The position numbers and the translations under genes were made by a program. The notes under the pieces are model-generated. The model did no database searches. It saw nothing but the letters and a program-made list of their open reading frames with translations, and was not told the origin of the DNA. A DNA stretch of 64,000 nt from Truepera sp. (lineage in GTDB: Bacteria > Deinococcota > Deinococci > Deinococcales > Trueperaceae): assembly GCA_965218435.1 (NCBI GenBank), contig CBDCKW010000009.1:2688001-2752000 (forward strand), given 5' to 3'. Below, in pieces: positions 10,426-20,625 of the stretch (its first letter is position 1; each line of letters begins with the position of its first letter).

Positions 10426-11295
10426 ATGTCACTTACCCCTGAACCTGTAGGGGCGGGCGTCTGGCGTTTTGCCTTGCCGAGCGAGACGCTGCCTCCTTTT
10501 GAACACACCAACAGCTACCTCGTCCACGCCGGGGACGAGGCCGTTTTCATTGACGCAGGTTCGGGCGACGAGGCCGTTTTAGACGCCTTGGCAGAGAGCT
10601 TAAACGGACTGGGCGTCACCCGACTCGAGGCGCTTTTATTGACGCACACGCACCCCGACCATGTAGCGGGTGCGGCGGCGCTGAGCGAACGCTACAGCGT
10701 ACCGGTTTATGTTCACGAGCTCGAGCAGTCTCGTTTGGCTTTTCCTACCGAGCGGCTCCGGGGCGGCGACACCTTGACCGTAGGACACAAACAGTTAGAG
10801 GTTTACCACACGCCCGGTCACAGCCCCGGCCACCTGAGCTTTGCTTTAACTGCCGACGATATGGCTACCGGCAACGCCCGAGTTGTCTTCGTCGGCGACT
10901 TGTTGACGGCGGCAGGCTCGACCTGGGTCGGGCTACCCGAAGGCAACGTCTCTGACTACCTCAGCTCGTTAGACGTGCTCAGCGCACTTGTCACCGGCCC
11001 AGGTAACACCATCTTTGCCCCCGGTCACGGCCCGCTCGTGCGCCGGCCTGAAGCGCGTCTGGCAGAGGTACGCGCCCACCGGTTGCAACGCGAGGTCGAG
11101 GTGTTAGCGGCGCTGACCGAACCTATGACGTTAGCGGCGCTGACAAAGAGCATCTATCCTGAGGTACCGGACGCGCTGACCTGGACGGCTGAAGGGTCGC
11201 TTTTGGCCCAGCTCGAGAAGTTCAAGCAAGAAGGGCGGGTTGTGCAAAACCGTGGTGCTGACGGTGAGCTGACCTGGACGCGTACCGCCTCTTGA
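10426..11295 (+). CDS. MBL-fold metallo-hydrolase with C-terminal winged helix
   Basis: LTHTHPDH, HTPGH and PGHG motifs. Confidence 0.88.
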   Translation: MSLTPEPVGAGVWRFALPSETLPPFEHTNSYLVHAGDEAVFIDAGSGDEAVLDALAESLNGLGVTRLEALLLTHTHPDHVAGAAALSERYSVPVYVHELEQSRLAFPTERLRGGDTLTVGHKQLEVYHTPGHSPGHLSFALTADDMATGNARVVFVGDLLTAAGSTWVGLPEGNVSDYLSSLDVLSALVTGPGNTIFAPGHGPLVRRPEARLAEVRAHRLQREVEVLAALTEPMTLAALTKSIYPEVPDALTWTAEGSLLAQLEKFKQEGRVVQNRGADGELTWTRTAS

Positions 11296-11354
11296 GAGGC
11301 TGCGAACGGCCTGAGCTCGGGCTTTTTACGTCAGGGCGAGCTGACGGTTGAAAC

Positions 11355-12449
11355 TCAGGACTCGGCTGGGCTGTCAGCTGGACTGAAGGCGTCCCCCTCG
11401 ACCCGGTTGCGACCGGCTCCTTTCGCCCGGTAGAGCGTCCGGTCGGCCCGCTCGAGCAGCCCCGCGACCGCTTCACCCGGACCAGCCTGAACCACGCCGA
11501 AGCTGGCTGTAAGGGTTCCGGTTTCCTCGTCGGGACTTTGCCCCAATCCTGCCCGCAACCGCTCGGCAACCTCGAGCGCCTCCGGCAACGCCGTATCTGG
11601 CAGCACGAGCAAAAACTCTTCGCCTCCCCAGCGCCCGACCACGTCCATCTTGCGGGCATGGTCTAACAGGTAGCGGCCCACTCCTTGCAACACCCGGTCA
11701 CCGACGCCGTGGCCGTAACCATCGTTGATCTTTTTGAAATGGTCTAAGTCAACGAGCACCAGCGAAAGTGGCTGAGCGTGACCCAACGAAGAGACCACTT
11801 GAGCCAAGCATTGGGCCAAAAAGCGCCGGTTATAAAGCTGCGTCAGGGGGTCGGTATGGGCAGCTTGCTCGAGCTGCGCAGCTTGCTGAGCCTGCACGAC
11901 AAACGCCCGCCCCGTCCCGTAGAGCATCACGAGCAGCAGACCGTCAGAAGCGAAGAGCTGGTAAAAGACGGCCCCGCCCATAGGGGTTTCGCCCACTGAA
12001 AAGAGCGTGACGAAGTGAACGAGCCATACCAGCAGTGAGACCCCGTAAACCAACAGCGACATTCTGAGCCCGACTTTGACGCCGAAGATCAGAAACGCCA
12101 GGGCGTAGACGATAGGCGACCAGTAGCCCAGGCCGGTCAAGTTCCATAAGGCAGTCTGCGTCTGCGACAGGCCGAAAAGCGAATAGCCCAGACTCGCCAG
12201 ATACATCAGCACCACCCCGCTAAAGGTGGCCACCTCGAGTCGCGCGGTAGAGACAGCTTTGCGCCACAAACCAAGCGTCAGCGTGCCGAGTAAGAGGACT
12301 AGTAGCGGTAACCCCAGCGCGTCAACCACGTGGAGCGTCCCCTGTTGCCACTCGGCGAACACGAGCAGCAAAACGGCGGCCATCGCCAGCGGCAAACCAA
12401 AGAGGTAGAAAGAGCGTTTCAGTGCGTCGGTCGTTGGCGTCATCTGCAT
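11355..12449 (-). CDS. Membrane-bound diguanylate cyclase (GGDEF)
   Basis: Multiple TM helices; DPLTQLYNRR, DLDHFKKINDGYGH and RWGGEEF. Confidence 0.92.
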   Translation of the reverse strand: MQMTPTTDALKRSFYLFGLPLAMAAVLLLVFAEWQQGTLHVVDALGLPLLVLLLGTLTLGLWRKAVSTARLEVATFSGVVLMYLASLGYSLFGLSQTQTALWNLTGLGYWSPIVYALAFLIFGVKVGLRMSLLVYGVSLLVWLVHFVTLFSVGETPMGGAVFYQLFASDGLLLVMLYGTGRAFVVQAQQAAQLEQAAHTDPLTQLYNRRFLAQCLAQVVSSLGHAQPLSLVLVDLDHFKKINDGYGHGVGDRVLQGVGRYLLDHARKMDVVGRWGGEEFLLVLPDTALPEALEVAERLRAGLGQSPDEETGTLTASFGVVQAGPGEAVAGLLERADRTLYRAKGAGRNRVEGDAFSPADSPAES

Positions 12450-12935
12450 AGCGGCGTCCCGTCCTAATCATGGACTCCAGGCTCTTACAAGAAATGCATT
12501 TCCCACTATCCGCCCCCCGGATTTTGCCACAACGTGTACCCACAGAACTATAAACCGCTGCCGTAACGTCTAAACCGTCCCCAGAACTGCTTGTCTTAAC
12601 AACAAGTATACCTCGAGGTGTAGTTCCGAGGGCACAGGTACGCTTGGTCGGTTACGGCTGTCTAAGTTTTGCCGAGCAGCACGCACTTTACAAGATTACG
12701 GGGTGAAACTACTGGTGAGCCGCTATCCCGAGGGGGTGAGAGCTGACGCAAGCTCTCGAGAAAAGAGCAAACCACTCTCTCCCGGTCGCGGCACCAACCA
12801 AACTGTAAGCGTGTCTGCCTTGTTAGGGCGCGGGGTGTGCTCTTAGTAGTAGGGGGCAGCAGGAGCCTTACCCAAACGCAGAGAACGCTTTTGCGTAACG
12901 AGCGTTCAGCACCAAATCGCTGAAAGGAGCTTTGG

Positions 12936-13367
12936 ATGAGTAAAGAAGACAATCTAGCCGCGACTGAAACCTTCGGCAAAGCCGCCAATACCGGCCAGTT
13001 CGAACTCTTTAACGAAGTTGTTGCTCCAAATTCGGTTGATCATGACCCCGCTCCGGGGCAACAGGCCGGGCCGGAAGGGTTCAGACAGTTTTTTACCGAA
13101 CTGCGGCGCGCCTTTCCCGACCTGGCTATCGAGGTCGAACATCTTGTTGCCGATGACGAGAACGTCGCCTTCGCCTACACGATGAGCGGAACTCAGCAGG
13201 GCGACTTTATGGGCGTTCCGGCGACCGGTAAAAAGGTCAGTGCTCGGGGGCTACAGATCGGCCGTTTTGAAAATGGTCAGTTGGTCGAACGTTGGGGCAG
13301 TTCGGACGAACTCGGCATCCTCAAACAGTTAGGCGTAGACCTCGCCGTACCGGGTGAAGTCACCTAA
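12936..13367 (+). CDS. SnoaL-like ester cyclase family protein
   Basis: AFPDL..EVEHLVA, GTQQGDFMGVPATGK and ENGQLVERW. Confidence 0.85.
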   Translation: MSKEDNLAATETFGKAANTGQFELFNEVVAPNSVDHDPAPGQQAGPEGFRQFFTELRRAFPDLAIEVEHLVADDENVAFAYTMSGTQQGDFMGVPATGKKVSARGLQIGRFENGQLVERWGSSDELGILKQLGVDLAVPGEVT

Positions 13368-13395
13368 AACTTCTGTTAACAGAGAAAGGATTACT

Positions 13396-13971
13396 ATGGC
13401 AAACGAACTTGAAGGCCGTAAAGTCGCGCTGCTGATCGCACCTGAAGGCACCGAAGAAGCCGAGTTTAGCGAACCCAAAAAGGCGCTCGAGGCCGCCGGA
13501 GCTACCGTCCACGTGATCAGCGCCCAAACCGGTGAAGTCAAAACGGTCAATCACGATTTAGAACCCGGCAGCAGCTACACCGCCGATCAGAGCTTTGGTG
13601 ACGTGTCGGCGTCCGACTACGACGCGCTCGTGATTCCCGGTGGCACGGTCGGCGCGGATAAACTGCGCGGTACCCCTGAAGCCGTCACCTTTATTCACGG
13701 CTTTTTTGAGCAGGGCAAACCCGTCGGCGCAATCTGCCACGCGCCCTGGACGCTGATCGAAGCAGGCGTGGTGGAAGGCCGCACGCTGACCTCGTACCCG
13801 ACGCTGCAAACCGACCTACGCAACGCCGGAGCGACCTGGAAAGACGAAGAGGTCGTCACCGACCAAGGGTTAGTTACAAGCCGCAATCCGAACGACCTGC
13901 CCGCGTTTTGCGCTAAACTCGTCGAAGAAATCGGTGAGGGCAAGCATAAGGGGCAGATGCGCAGCGCCTAG
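13396..13971 (+). CDS. PfpI/DJ-1 family protein (type 1 glutamine amidotransferase-like)
   Basis: YDALVIPGG, AICHAPW and LVTSRNPNDLPAF; AAGGA RBS before ATG 13396. Confidence 0.92.
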   Translation: MANELEGRKVALLIAPEGTEEAEFSEPKKALEAAGATVHVISAQTGEVKTVNHDLEPGSSYTADQSFGDVSASDYDALVIPGGTVGADKLRGTPEAVTFIHGFFEQGKPVGAICHAPWTLIEAGVVEGRTLTSYPTLQTDLRNAGATWKDEEVVTDQGLVTSRNPNDLPAFCAKLVEEIGEGKHKGQMRSA

Positions 13972-13990
13972 TTTTGCCACAAACTCATAG

Positions 13991-14016
13991 AGGCCACCGC
14001 TCAGGTGGCCTTTTTT
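13991..14016 (+). terminator. Rho-independent terminator
   Basis: AGGCCACC-gctca-GGTGGCCT followed by a T tract. Confidence 0.8.
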
Positions 14017-14146
14017 GGGTCGTGCCCGGACTGACTTCTTTTAGCCTGCAAAAATAGCGAGCGCCCACGCACCGAACCCTTTTCACAAGTTGGCCCCTTA
14101 AGCGGCTTAAAAAGGTGTAAATCAGACTTTTTTAACCATTAAACGA

Positions 14147-14700
14147 CCACCGCCAGAGGCGGTGGATTTGAAAATGACTCTAGAAGAGAAAGTCCTGCTG
14201 ATTGCGTTCTTCCTCTTTTTCGCGCTTCTCTTGGTACTTCACATAACGACGGATCAGGTCTTCGTTTATACCTACAGTGTTGACAAAGTAACCGCGTGTC
14301 CAAAAGTGATTCCCCCAGTATGGTTTCTTCCGTAAGCCTGGCTAGCTTTTGAACAACTTGATGGCAAGCTTCCCTTTGAGAAATCCCATGAAATCCGATA
14401 CTGACAACTTGGGAGGAATTGAACAAACCAAGTGGATGTGATCGGCTTGAACACTCAGCTCTATTACTTCTACAGAGCGCCACTCACAAAGCGTATGGAC
14501 GTCCTTCTCAACCAACTCTTTGACCATACCCGTCAGCACTCGGTAACGGTATTTAGGCACCCACACAATGTGGTAATTACACTGATAGACAACGTGCGCA
14601 AGCTTTCTATACTTCCCCACGCCTTAGGGTACGACCTATGTGTCCCAGGCGAAACAGTAAGGCATAGCCGACGTTACATCACCACCGCCAAAGACGGTGG
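14147..14700 (-). mobile_element. IS200/IS605-family element (tnpA only); exact ends lie slightly outside the hairpins
   Basis: Y1 transposase flanked by near-identical subterminal hairpins CCACCGCC-aga-GGCGGTGG (14147-14165) and CCACCGCC-aaa-GACGGTGG (14682-14700). Confidence 0.85.
14180..14620 (-). pseudogene. tnpA: IS200 TnpA (HUH Y1 transposase) with an in-frame TAG
   Basis: YHIVWVPKYR and DHIH; TAG at 14342-14344, then the frame continues PGLRKKPYWGNHFWTRGYFVNTVG...IRRYVKYQ. Confidence 0.88.
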
Positions 14701-14793
14701 GTTTTCACGCTAAACTAAACGAACGCTAAAGGCTCGAGTCTAGCAGTGCTGAGCCACTTTGCCGGGGGTAGCGAACGGTAATCCGCCGCTGAA

Positions 14794-14852
14794 TTGACAG
14801 CTGTATGGCAGCGTGCTACCCTAAAGCCATCTAAAAAGTGACCGGTCACTTT
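14794..14852 (+). promoter_or_regulatory. Sigma70-type promoter plus LacI-type operator for the beta-galactosidase operon
   Basis: TTGACA (14794) - 17 bp - TACCCT (14817, preceded by TG); perfect palindrome AAAGTGACCGGTCACTTT at 14835-14852. Confidence 0.7.
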
Positions 14853-14899
14853 AGGTTTTTAGTGCCTATAAGCAAGCGACACCAAACCGAGGTTTTTTG

Positions 14900-16942
14900 A
14901 TGGACGACATCTACTATGGCGGCGACTATAACCCCGAACAGTGGCCCGAAGACGTGTGGCAAGAAGACGTCAAGCTCATGCAAGCAGCGGGCGTCAACTT
15001 AGTCAGCGTCGCCATTTTTGCCTGGTCGAAGCTCGAGCCCTCCGAAGGTCACTACGACTTCGCTTGGTTAGATCGCCTGTTAGACCTGCTTCATGAAAAC
15101 GGTATCGGCGTGTGTTTGGCCACCGCGACCGCTGCGTCCCCGCCGTGGTTAGCACATAAGTATCCGCAGAGCTTGCCGGTGACAAGAGACGGTGTACGAC
15201 TCGGCGTCGGTTCACGGCAGCAGTACAGCCCCTCGAGTCCCGACTACAAACGTCTCGCCGCAAAACTCGTACGCGAAATAGCTGAACGTTATAAAGATCA
15301 CCCGGCCCTCAAGCTCTGGCATATCAACAACGAGTACGGTTGTCACGTTTTTGAATCGTTCGACGAGGACTCCGCCAAAGCGTTCCGAGTGTGGTTAAAA
15401 GAGCGTTACGGCACCGTAAAAGCACTTAACGAGGCGTGGGGCACGTCTTTCTGGAGCCAGACGTACTACGCCTGGGACGAGGTGTCGCCGCCCGCCGCCG
15501 CGCCGACCTTTATCAACCCGACGCAGCAGCTCGACTGGCGCAGGTTTTGCAGCGACGCGCTCTTGTCCCTATACAAGATGGAGCGCGATATCTTGCGTGA
15601 GGTTACGCCCGATGTTCCAGCCACGACCAACTTTATGGGGGCGTTTAAGCCGGTAGATTATTGGCGCTGGGCCACCGAAGTTGATGTGGTCGCCAACGAT
15701 TCGTATCCCGACCCCGGCGACGCTGAAGCCGGAATCTACGCCGCCTTGCAGAGCGATATGATGCGCTCACTCAAAAACGGCGCGTCGTGGATTTTGATGG
15801 AGCAAGCCCCCAATCAGGTGCAGTGGCGCGGACGTAACAGTCTCAAAGCGCCGGGGGTGATGCGGCTCTGGAGCCTGCAGGCGGTGGCCCGTGGCGCACG
15901 CGGCGTGATGTTTTTCCAGTGGCGGCAATCGAAAGCCGGGGCGGAAAAGTTTCACAGCGGGATGGTGCCGCATGGGGGCACCGAAACAAGGACGTGGCAT
16001 GAAGTTAAAGACTTAGGGCAAGAGCTTAAAGCGTTAGGGGAAGTTTTGGCATCCCAGGTTCAAGCTGAAGTCGCCATTGTGTTCGATTGGGACACCTGGT
16101 GGGCCTTAGAGCTCGACGCGCGTCCGAGCGAAGCTGTGCACTACTTGGAACAGGTCTACAGCTTTTACAGGGCGCTCTGGGAGCAGAACATTACCGTTGA
16201 TTTTGCCAAACCGGACGCTGACTTGTCCGGTTACAAACTGGTCGTCGTACCCAACTTGTACCTCGTCTGCGACGAAGCGGCGGCGAATTTGGAACGCTAC
16301 ACCGAGGGCGGCGGCACGCTGCTCATGGCGTTTTTTAGCGGCATCGTAGACGAAAATGATCAGGTTCGGCTGGGCGGGTATCCGGCCCCTTTTCGTAAGC
16401 TGCTCGGCCTCCGGGTTAAAGAGTTTGACGCGTTGCCTGTGGGCGTCACTCATACTATTAAGGGTGAAAGGGACTTTTCTGCCGACCTCTGGTCGGACGT
16501 GATCACTTTAGAGGGCGCTGAGGTGCTCGCCACCTTTGCCGAAGGGTTTTACGCGGGGCGGCCTGCGGTGACCGAGCACCGGTTTGGCGCGGGGCGGAGT
16601 TTTTACGTGGGGACCAGGCTCGAGCCCGAAGGTACGGCGTGGCTGGTAGAAAAAGCGTGCCAAGCCGCCGGTATCCAGTCGGAGCATTTTCCTCAAGGCG
16701 TCGAGGCGGTGCGCCGCACTTCTGCTGACGCCAGCTACCTCGTGCTGCTCAACCACACCGCAGATGAGGTGGAGATGGGGCTTCCCGAAGCCGCCACCGA
16801 CTTGGTTCAAAATGACGAAGTTGGGGACGAAGAAGTCGAACAGCTCACCCTGCCCCCCTACGGCGTCATCTTTTTGCGTACCGTAGAAGAGTCTGAAGCA
16901 GCGTCTAAAGCCGTTCCGGTAGAGGGGGCTGCGATGGATTAA
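14900..16942 (+). CDS. Beta-galactosidase, GH42
   Basis: YGGDYNPEQW, WHINNEYG, LMEQ and EKFHSG motifs. Confidence 0.95.
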   Translation: MDDIYYGGDYNPEQWPEDVWQEDVKLMQAAGVNLVSVAIFAWSKLEPSEGHYDFAWLDRLLDLLHENGIGVCLATATAASPPWLAHKYPQSLPVTRDGVRLGVGSRQQYSPSSPDYKRLAAKLVREIAERYKDHPALKLWHINNEYGCHVFESFDEDSAKAFRVWLKERYGTVKALNEAWGTSFWSQTYYAWDEVSPPAAAPTFINPTQQLDWRRFCSDALLSLYKMERDILREVTPDVPATTNFMGAFKPVDYWRWATEVDVVANDSYPDPGDAEAGIYAALQSDMMRSLKNGASWILMEQAPNQVQWRGRNSLKAPGVMRLWSLQAVARGARGVMFFQWRQSKAGAEKFHSGMVPHGGTETRTWHEVKDLGQELKALGEVLASQVQAEVAIVFDWDTWWALELDARPSEAVHYLEQVYSFYRALWEQNITVDFAKPDADLSGYKLVVVPNLYLVCDEAAANLERYTEGGGTLLMAFFSGIVDENDQVRLGGYPAPFRKLLGLRVKEFDALPVGVTHTIKGERDFSADLWSDVITLEGAEVLATFAEGFYAGRPAVTEHRFGAGRSFYVGTRLEPEGTAWLVEKACQAAGIQSEHFPQGVEAVRRTSADASYLVLLNHTADEVEMGLPEAATDLVQNDEVGDEEVEQLTLPPYGVIFLRTVEESEAASKAVPVEGAAMD

Positions 16943-17007
16943 CCCAGCCTCGAGCCCCTTCCAGCCTTAAATTAAAGCCTAGCAACAGAATCAAGGAGCA
17001 TTATCAC

Positions 17008-18288
17008 GTGAACAAACTGACCGCAAGCTTACTTCTCGCCGGCGCTGCCGCACTGCCCATTGCCGCCGCGCAAAACACTGACCTTTCCGGGGACATCACC
17101 GTCACCGCTTGGGACATTGCCGCCGAAGCCTTACAAGGCGTGGTCAAAGGCTTTAACCAAGAGTACCCGAACGTCAAGGTGACGGTTGAAAACTTAGGCA
17201 ACCAGCAAGTTTACGACCGCGGGTTAGCGGGGTGCGCCGCCGGAGGCGCGGATTTGCCTGACGTCTACGCCGTGGAGAACAACGAAGCCGAGGTCTTTTG
17301 GAACCGCTTCCCCGGTTGCTTTACCGACCTCAATACAATGGGGGCGCAGGACGTCCACGACCAGTTCCCCGATTTCAAATGGACGGAGCTGAGCGTCGGC
17401 GATCAGGTTTACGCGGTCCCCTGGGATTCCGGCCCGGTCGTCACCTTTTACCGCCGCGACCTCTACAAAAAGGCCGGCATTAGTCCGGACGACATCGAAA
17501 CGTGGGATGACTTTATCGCTGCCGGCAAAAAGCTCGACCAGACGGCCGGTGCAAAAATGATCGCTTTCGACTTTTCCGACGACGGTATCTGGCGCGAGTT
17601 GGCCAATCAAAACAGCTGTTTTTACTTTGACCCTGCGGGTGAAAACATCACCGTCAATCAGCCCGGCTGCGTCTCGGCGATGGAGACGATGAAAAAACTT
17701 TATGACTCGGGCGTCGCTCAGATCGTTGACTGGAACGGCGCGATCCAGTCAATTAAAAACGGCACGCTGGCGAGCCACGTTTTGGGTGGTTGGTACGTTG
17801 GAACAATTCAGACGAACGCACCCGACCAAAAGGGGAACTGGGGCGTCTACCCAATGCCTGCCTCTAAAGCAGGCGGTGTGCGGGCCGCGAACTTAGGCGG
17901 GTCGGCGCTGGCGATCCCCGCCTCGAGCAAAAACCCCGAAGCAGCGATGGCGTTTATCACCTACGCGCTGGCTACGACGCAGGGTCAGGTAGGGATGCTC
18001 GAGAACTACGGTTTAGTCCCTTCATACCTCCCGGCCCTCCAAGACCCCTACGTTAAAGAAGGCGTCCCTTACTGGGGCAACCAACCGATTTGGCAAGACA
18101 TATTGGCGACGCTGGGCGAAATTCCGCAGGCGCGCGGGACGCAGTACTTCCAAGAAGCGCGGCAGATTGTCACCAACACCTTGTCGCAGTACCTCACCAA
18201 AACCACCTATGACAGTGCTCAAGCTGCGATGGACGACGCGGCGCAGCAGATTGCCGGTGCGACCGGTTTACCCGTCGCCGGTCAGTAA
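17008..18288 (+). CDS. Sugar ABC transporter substrate-binding protein
   Basis: Signal peptide; YAVPWDSGP..FYRRDL, IETWDDFIAAGKK and NLGGS motifs. Confidence 0.9.
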   Translation: MNKLTASLLLAGAAALPIAAAQNTDLSGDITVTAWDIAAEALQGVVKGFNQEYPNVKVTVENLGNQQVYDRGLAGCAAGGADLPDVYAVENNEAEVFWNRFPGCFTDLNTMGAQDVHDQFPDFKWTELSVGDQVYAVPWDSGPVVTFYRRDLYKKAGISPDDIETWDDFIAAGKKLDQTAGAKMIAFDFSDDGIWRELANQNSCFYFDPAGENITVNQPGCVSAMETMKKLYDSGVAQIVDWNGAIQSIKNGTLASHVLGGWYVGTIQTNAPDQKGNWGVYPMPASKAGGVRAANLGGSALAIPASSKNPEAAMAFITYALATTQGQVGMLENYGLVPSYLPALQDPYVKEGVPYWGNQPIWQDILATLGEIPQARGTQYFQEARQIVTNTLSQYLTKTTYDSAQAAMDDAAQQIAGATGLPVAGQ

Positions 18289-18303
18289 TTTAGCTTAACC
18301 GAG

Positions 18304-18333
18304 CATCGGCACCTGTAACCTCGGGTGCCGATG
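18304..18333 (+). other. Intercistronic stem-loop after the substrate-binding protein gene
   Basis: CATCGGCACC...GGTGCCGATG followed by TTTT; typical mRNA stabiliser or partial terminator in ABC operons. Confidence 0.6.
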
Positions 18334-18382
18334 TTTTAGCTCGAGTAGACGCAAACCTATTAAAACTGTTCGCGGAGGTTTT

Positions 18383-19243
18383 ATGCAGCGCAACCGCCTC
18401 ATCCCCTACACGTTTTTACTCCCCTATCTGGCTATTTTCCTACTCTTTTGGGCGTGGCCGATTATCTATTCGGTCTATCTATCGTTTTTAGATACGCGCG
18501 GCTTTCCTTGGTCTTGGGCACCCGACGCCAACTGGGGCCGCATCTTAAACGACCCGTTTTTTCGGCAAGCGTTCAAAAATACCGCCCTGATCTTGCTTAT
18601 CCAAGTTCCGACGATGCTGCTCCTCGCCACCGGGCTCGCCGTCGGGCTCAACTCACCACTCTTAAAACTCAAAGGCTTTTACCGTTTCGCCTTTTTTGCG
18701 CCGGTCGTCGTTGGGTCGGTGGCATATTCAGCGGTATTTCGGCTCTTGTTTAACACCCAAAACGGCGCGGTCAACGCGGCGCTGGTCGGGCTCGGCCTCC
18801 CACGGATTGATTGGCTCAATTCGCCCATCCCGGCATTTATCTTGATCATCCTGACGGTGACCTGGCGTTACGCAGGGTACAACGCGATTATCATCTTGGC
18901 CGGGTTGCAAAACATTCCGTTAGAGCTTTACGAAGCCGCCAAAATTGACGGCGCGAACCCCTGGCAACAGTTCTGGGGGATTACGCTGCCGCTCCTGCGG
19001 CCTATCCTCTTATTTGCCCTCGTGCTGTCCGTTATCGGCACGTTGCAGCTTTTTACCGAACCGTTCCTAATTACCGGCGGCGGTCCCGGAAACGCCACCT
19101 TAACGCTCGGCGTATATTTGTATCAGCAGGGCTTTCGGTCGTTTAACTTCGGCTACGCCTCCGCTATCGGGTACGCGATTGCGCTGTTTGCGGTGCTTTT
19201 TTCGGCGTTGCAACTGCGAGTTTTTGGGGGTGACCCGTCGTGA
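18383..19243 (+). CDS. Sugar ABC transporter permease
   Basis: TM helices and EAA motif (LYEAAKIDGA). Confidence 0.92.
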   Translation: MQRNRLIPYTFLLPYLAIFLLFWAWPIIYSVYLSFLDTRGFPWSWAPDANWGRILNDPFFRQAFKNTALILLIQVPTMLLLATGLAVGLNSPLLKLKGFYRFAFFAPVVVGSVAYSAVFRLLFNTQNGAVNAALVGLGLPRIDWLNSPIPAFILIILTVTWRYAGYNAIIILAGLQNIPLELYEAAKIDGANPWQQFWGITLPLLRPILLFALVLSVIGTLQLFTEPFLITGGGPGNATLTLGVYLYQQGFRSFNFGYASAIGYAIALFAVLFSALQLRVFGGDPS

Positions 19244-20070
19244 AACGCGCGAACTTGGTCGGCAGCTTTTGGCTGCATCTCTTGCTGACGCCGCTGGCTT
19301 TGTTATGGCTCGCTCCCCTATGGCTGATGGTCGTCTTTTCAACGGTGCTCGAGCCCCAAATCTTTAGCACGCCCGTACCGCTTCTACCCGGCGGCGAGTT
19401 TTTAGCCAACTTGCGCGACCTTCAGGCCGATACGAACTTTCTCCGCACGCTTCTGAACAGCGTCATGATTTCAGGGATTTATACGCTCTTATCCCTGTTA
19501 CTTACGAGCATGGCCGGATACGCTTTCGCCCGCTTTCAGTTCATGGGCCGCACCGCCATCTTCACGCTCGTCATTGCCACACTCACCATCCCGTATTTCG
19601 TCGTGGTGATTCCGCAGTACATCTTGGTCGCCCGCGACTTCTCGTTGACGAACTCATATATGGGCGTGGTGCTGCCGCTCCTCGCAAACTCACTCGGGAT
19701 ATTTTTTATGCGGCAGAACTTTTTGTCGTTGCCCCAAAGTTTGCTCGACGCCGCACGGGTTGACGGCGCGAACGAATACCGCATCTTTTTTCAGATTGCC
19801 TTGCCGCTGGTCAGCTCCGCGATGGCCGCTCTGGGCATCATCCTCTTTTTAGCGGCGTGGAACGACTACCTCTGGCCGCTCTTAATTCTGACCGAAAAAA
19901 CGATGTACACCGCGCCCGTTGCCCTAGGGACGCTGATCGGACTGACCCGGGTGTCGTGGGGCGGGATTATGGTCGGGGCCGTTTTGATGACCGGGCCGTT
20001 TTTGATTTTGTTTTTATTTTTGCAGCGGTTTTTTGTTGCGGGGATTACGGCGGGGGCGGTCAAAGACTGA
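19240..20070 (+). CDS. Sugar ABC transporter permease
   Basis: LLDAARVDGA, WNDYLWPL, ends GAVKD. Confidence 0.92.
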   Translation: MKRANLVGSFWLHLLLTPLALLWLAPLWLMVVFSTVLEPQIFSTPVPLLPGGEFLANLRDLQADTNFLRTLLNSVMISGIYTLLSLLLTSMAGYAFARFQFMGRTAIFTLVIATLTIPYFVVVIPQYILVARDFSLTNSYMGVVLPLLANSLGIFFMRQNFLSLPQSLLDAARVDGANEYRIFFQIALPLVSSAMAALGIILFLAAWNDYLWPLLILTEKTMYTAPVALGTLIGLTRVSWGGIMVGAVLMTGPFLILFLFLQRFFVAGITAGAVKD

Positions 20071-20088
20071 GCTTGGTTGTGTTTAGTT

Positions 20089-20568
20089 CTAAGCTCCTAC
20101 AAGTCGTCGCAACAGGGCAATTTGCCCAAAGTGATAGGCGTTATGTTTAGCGACGCTTGCCGCCAGTTTATAGCCGACAGTCCAGGCCGGTTCTTCGCCC
20201 ACACTCGGGTAAAGAATGCGGCCCAATTCTTCTCTAGCCACGCGCCCCAGTTCGGTGGTACCCGCTAAAAACTCGGCGACTAACTCAGGCCACATTTTGC
20301 TGGTGACAGTAGGCCAATTCTTATAGGGGTTTTTGAACGTTACGGGGTCAGGGCTGCGTATAAGGTCAAGGTTAAACTGAACATTGGCGTTCATATGTGC
20401 CAGGATTGCGGCGATGGAGTAAGGAAGTCCAGGCGGTACGGTGACGGCTTGCTCACCTGAAAGACCCCTTAGCAGCCGTTCGGCAGAGGCGAAGTCATGC
20501 TCGGCAGGGTCGTCGAGAAGTAACTCGAGGGTAGCAAGAGGTGGGCCGAACAAAATAGAGTCTGCCAT
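20089..20568 (-). CDS. DinB family protein
   Basis: PYSIAAILAHM and HNAYHFGQIALLRR. Confidence 0.8.
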   Translation of the reverse strand: MADSILFGPPLATLELLLDDPAEHDFASAERLLRGLSGEQAVTVPPGLPYSIAAILAHMNANVQFNLDLIRSPDPVTFKNPYKNWPTVTSKMWPELVAEFLAGTTELGRVAREELGRILYPSVGEEPAWTVGYKLAASVAKHNAYHFGQIALLRRLVGA

Positions 20569-20590
20569 ATTTTATTTGGTAACTATATAC

Positions 20591-20619
20591 TTGTATGACC
20601 CAGCTTTTTATGCTAAAGT
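20591..20619 (+). promoter_or_regulatory. Transposase/cargo promoter with its -35 inside the left TIR, leaderless type
   Basis: TTGTAT (20591-20596) - 17 bp - TAAAGT (20614-20619, preceded by TG) - 6 nt - ATG 20626. Confidence 0.6.
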
Positions 20620-20625
20620 ATAAGT

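Noticed and set aside
12450..12935. Possible c-di-GMP riboswitch next to the GGDEF gene (GACGCAAG and GTCTAAACC fragments)
   Set aside because: The fragments are not in the required order or pairing; no complete aptamer could be drawn.
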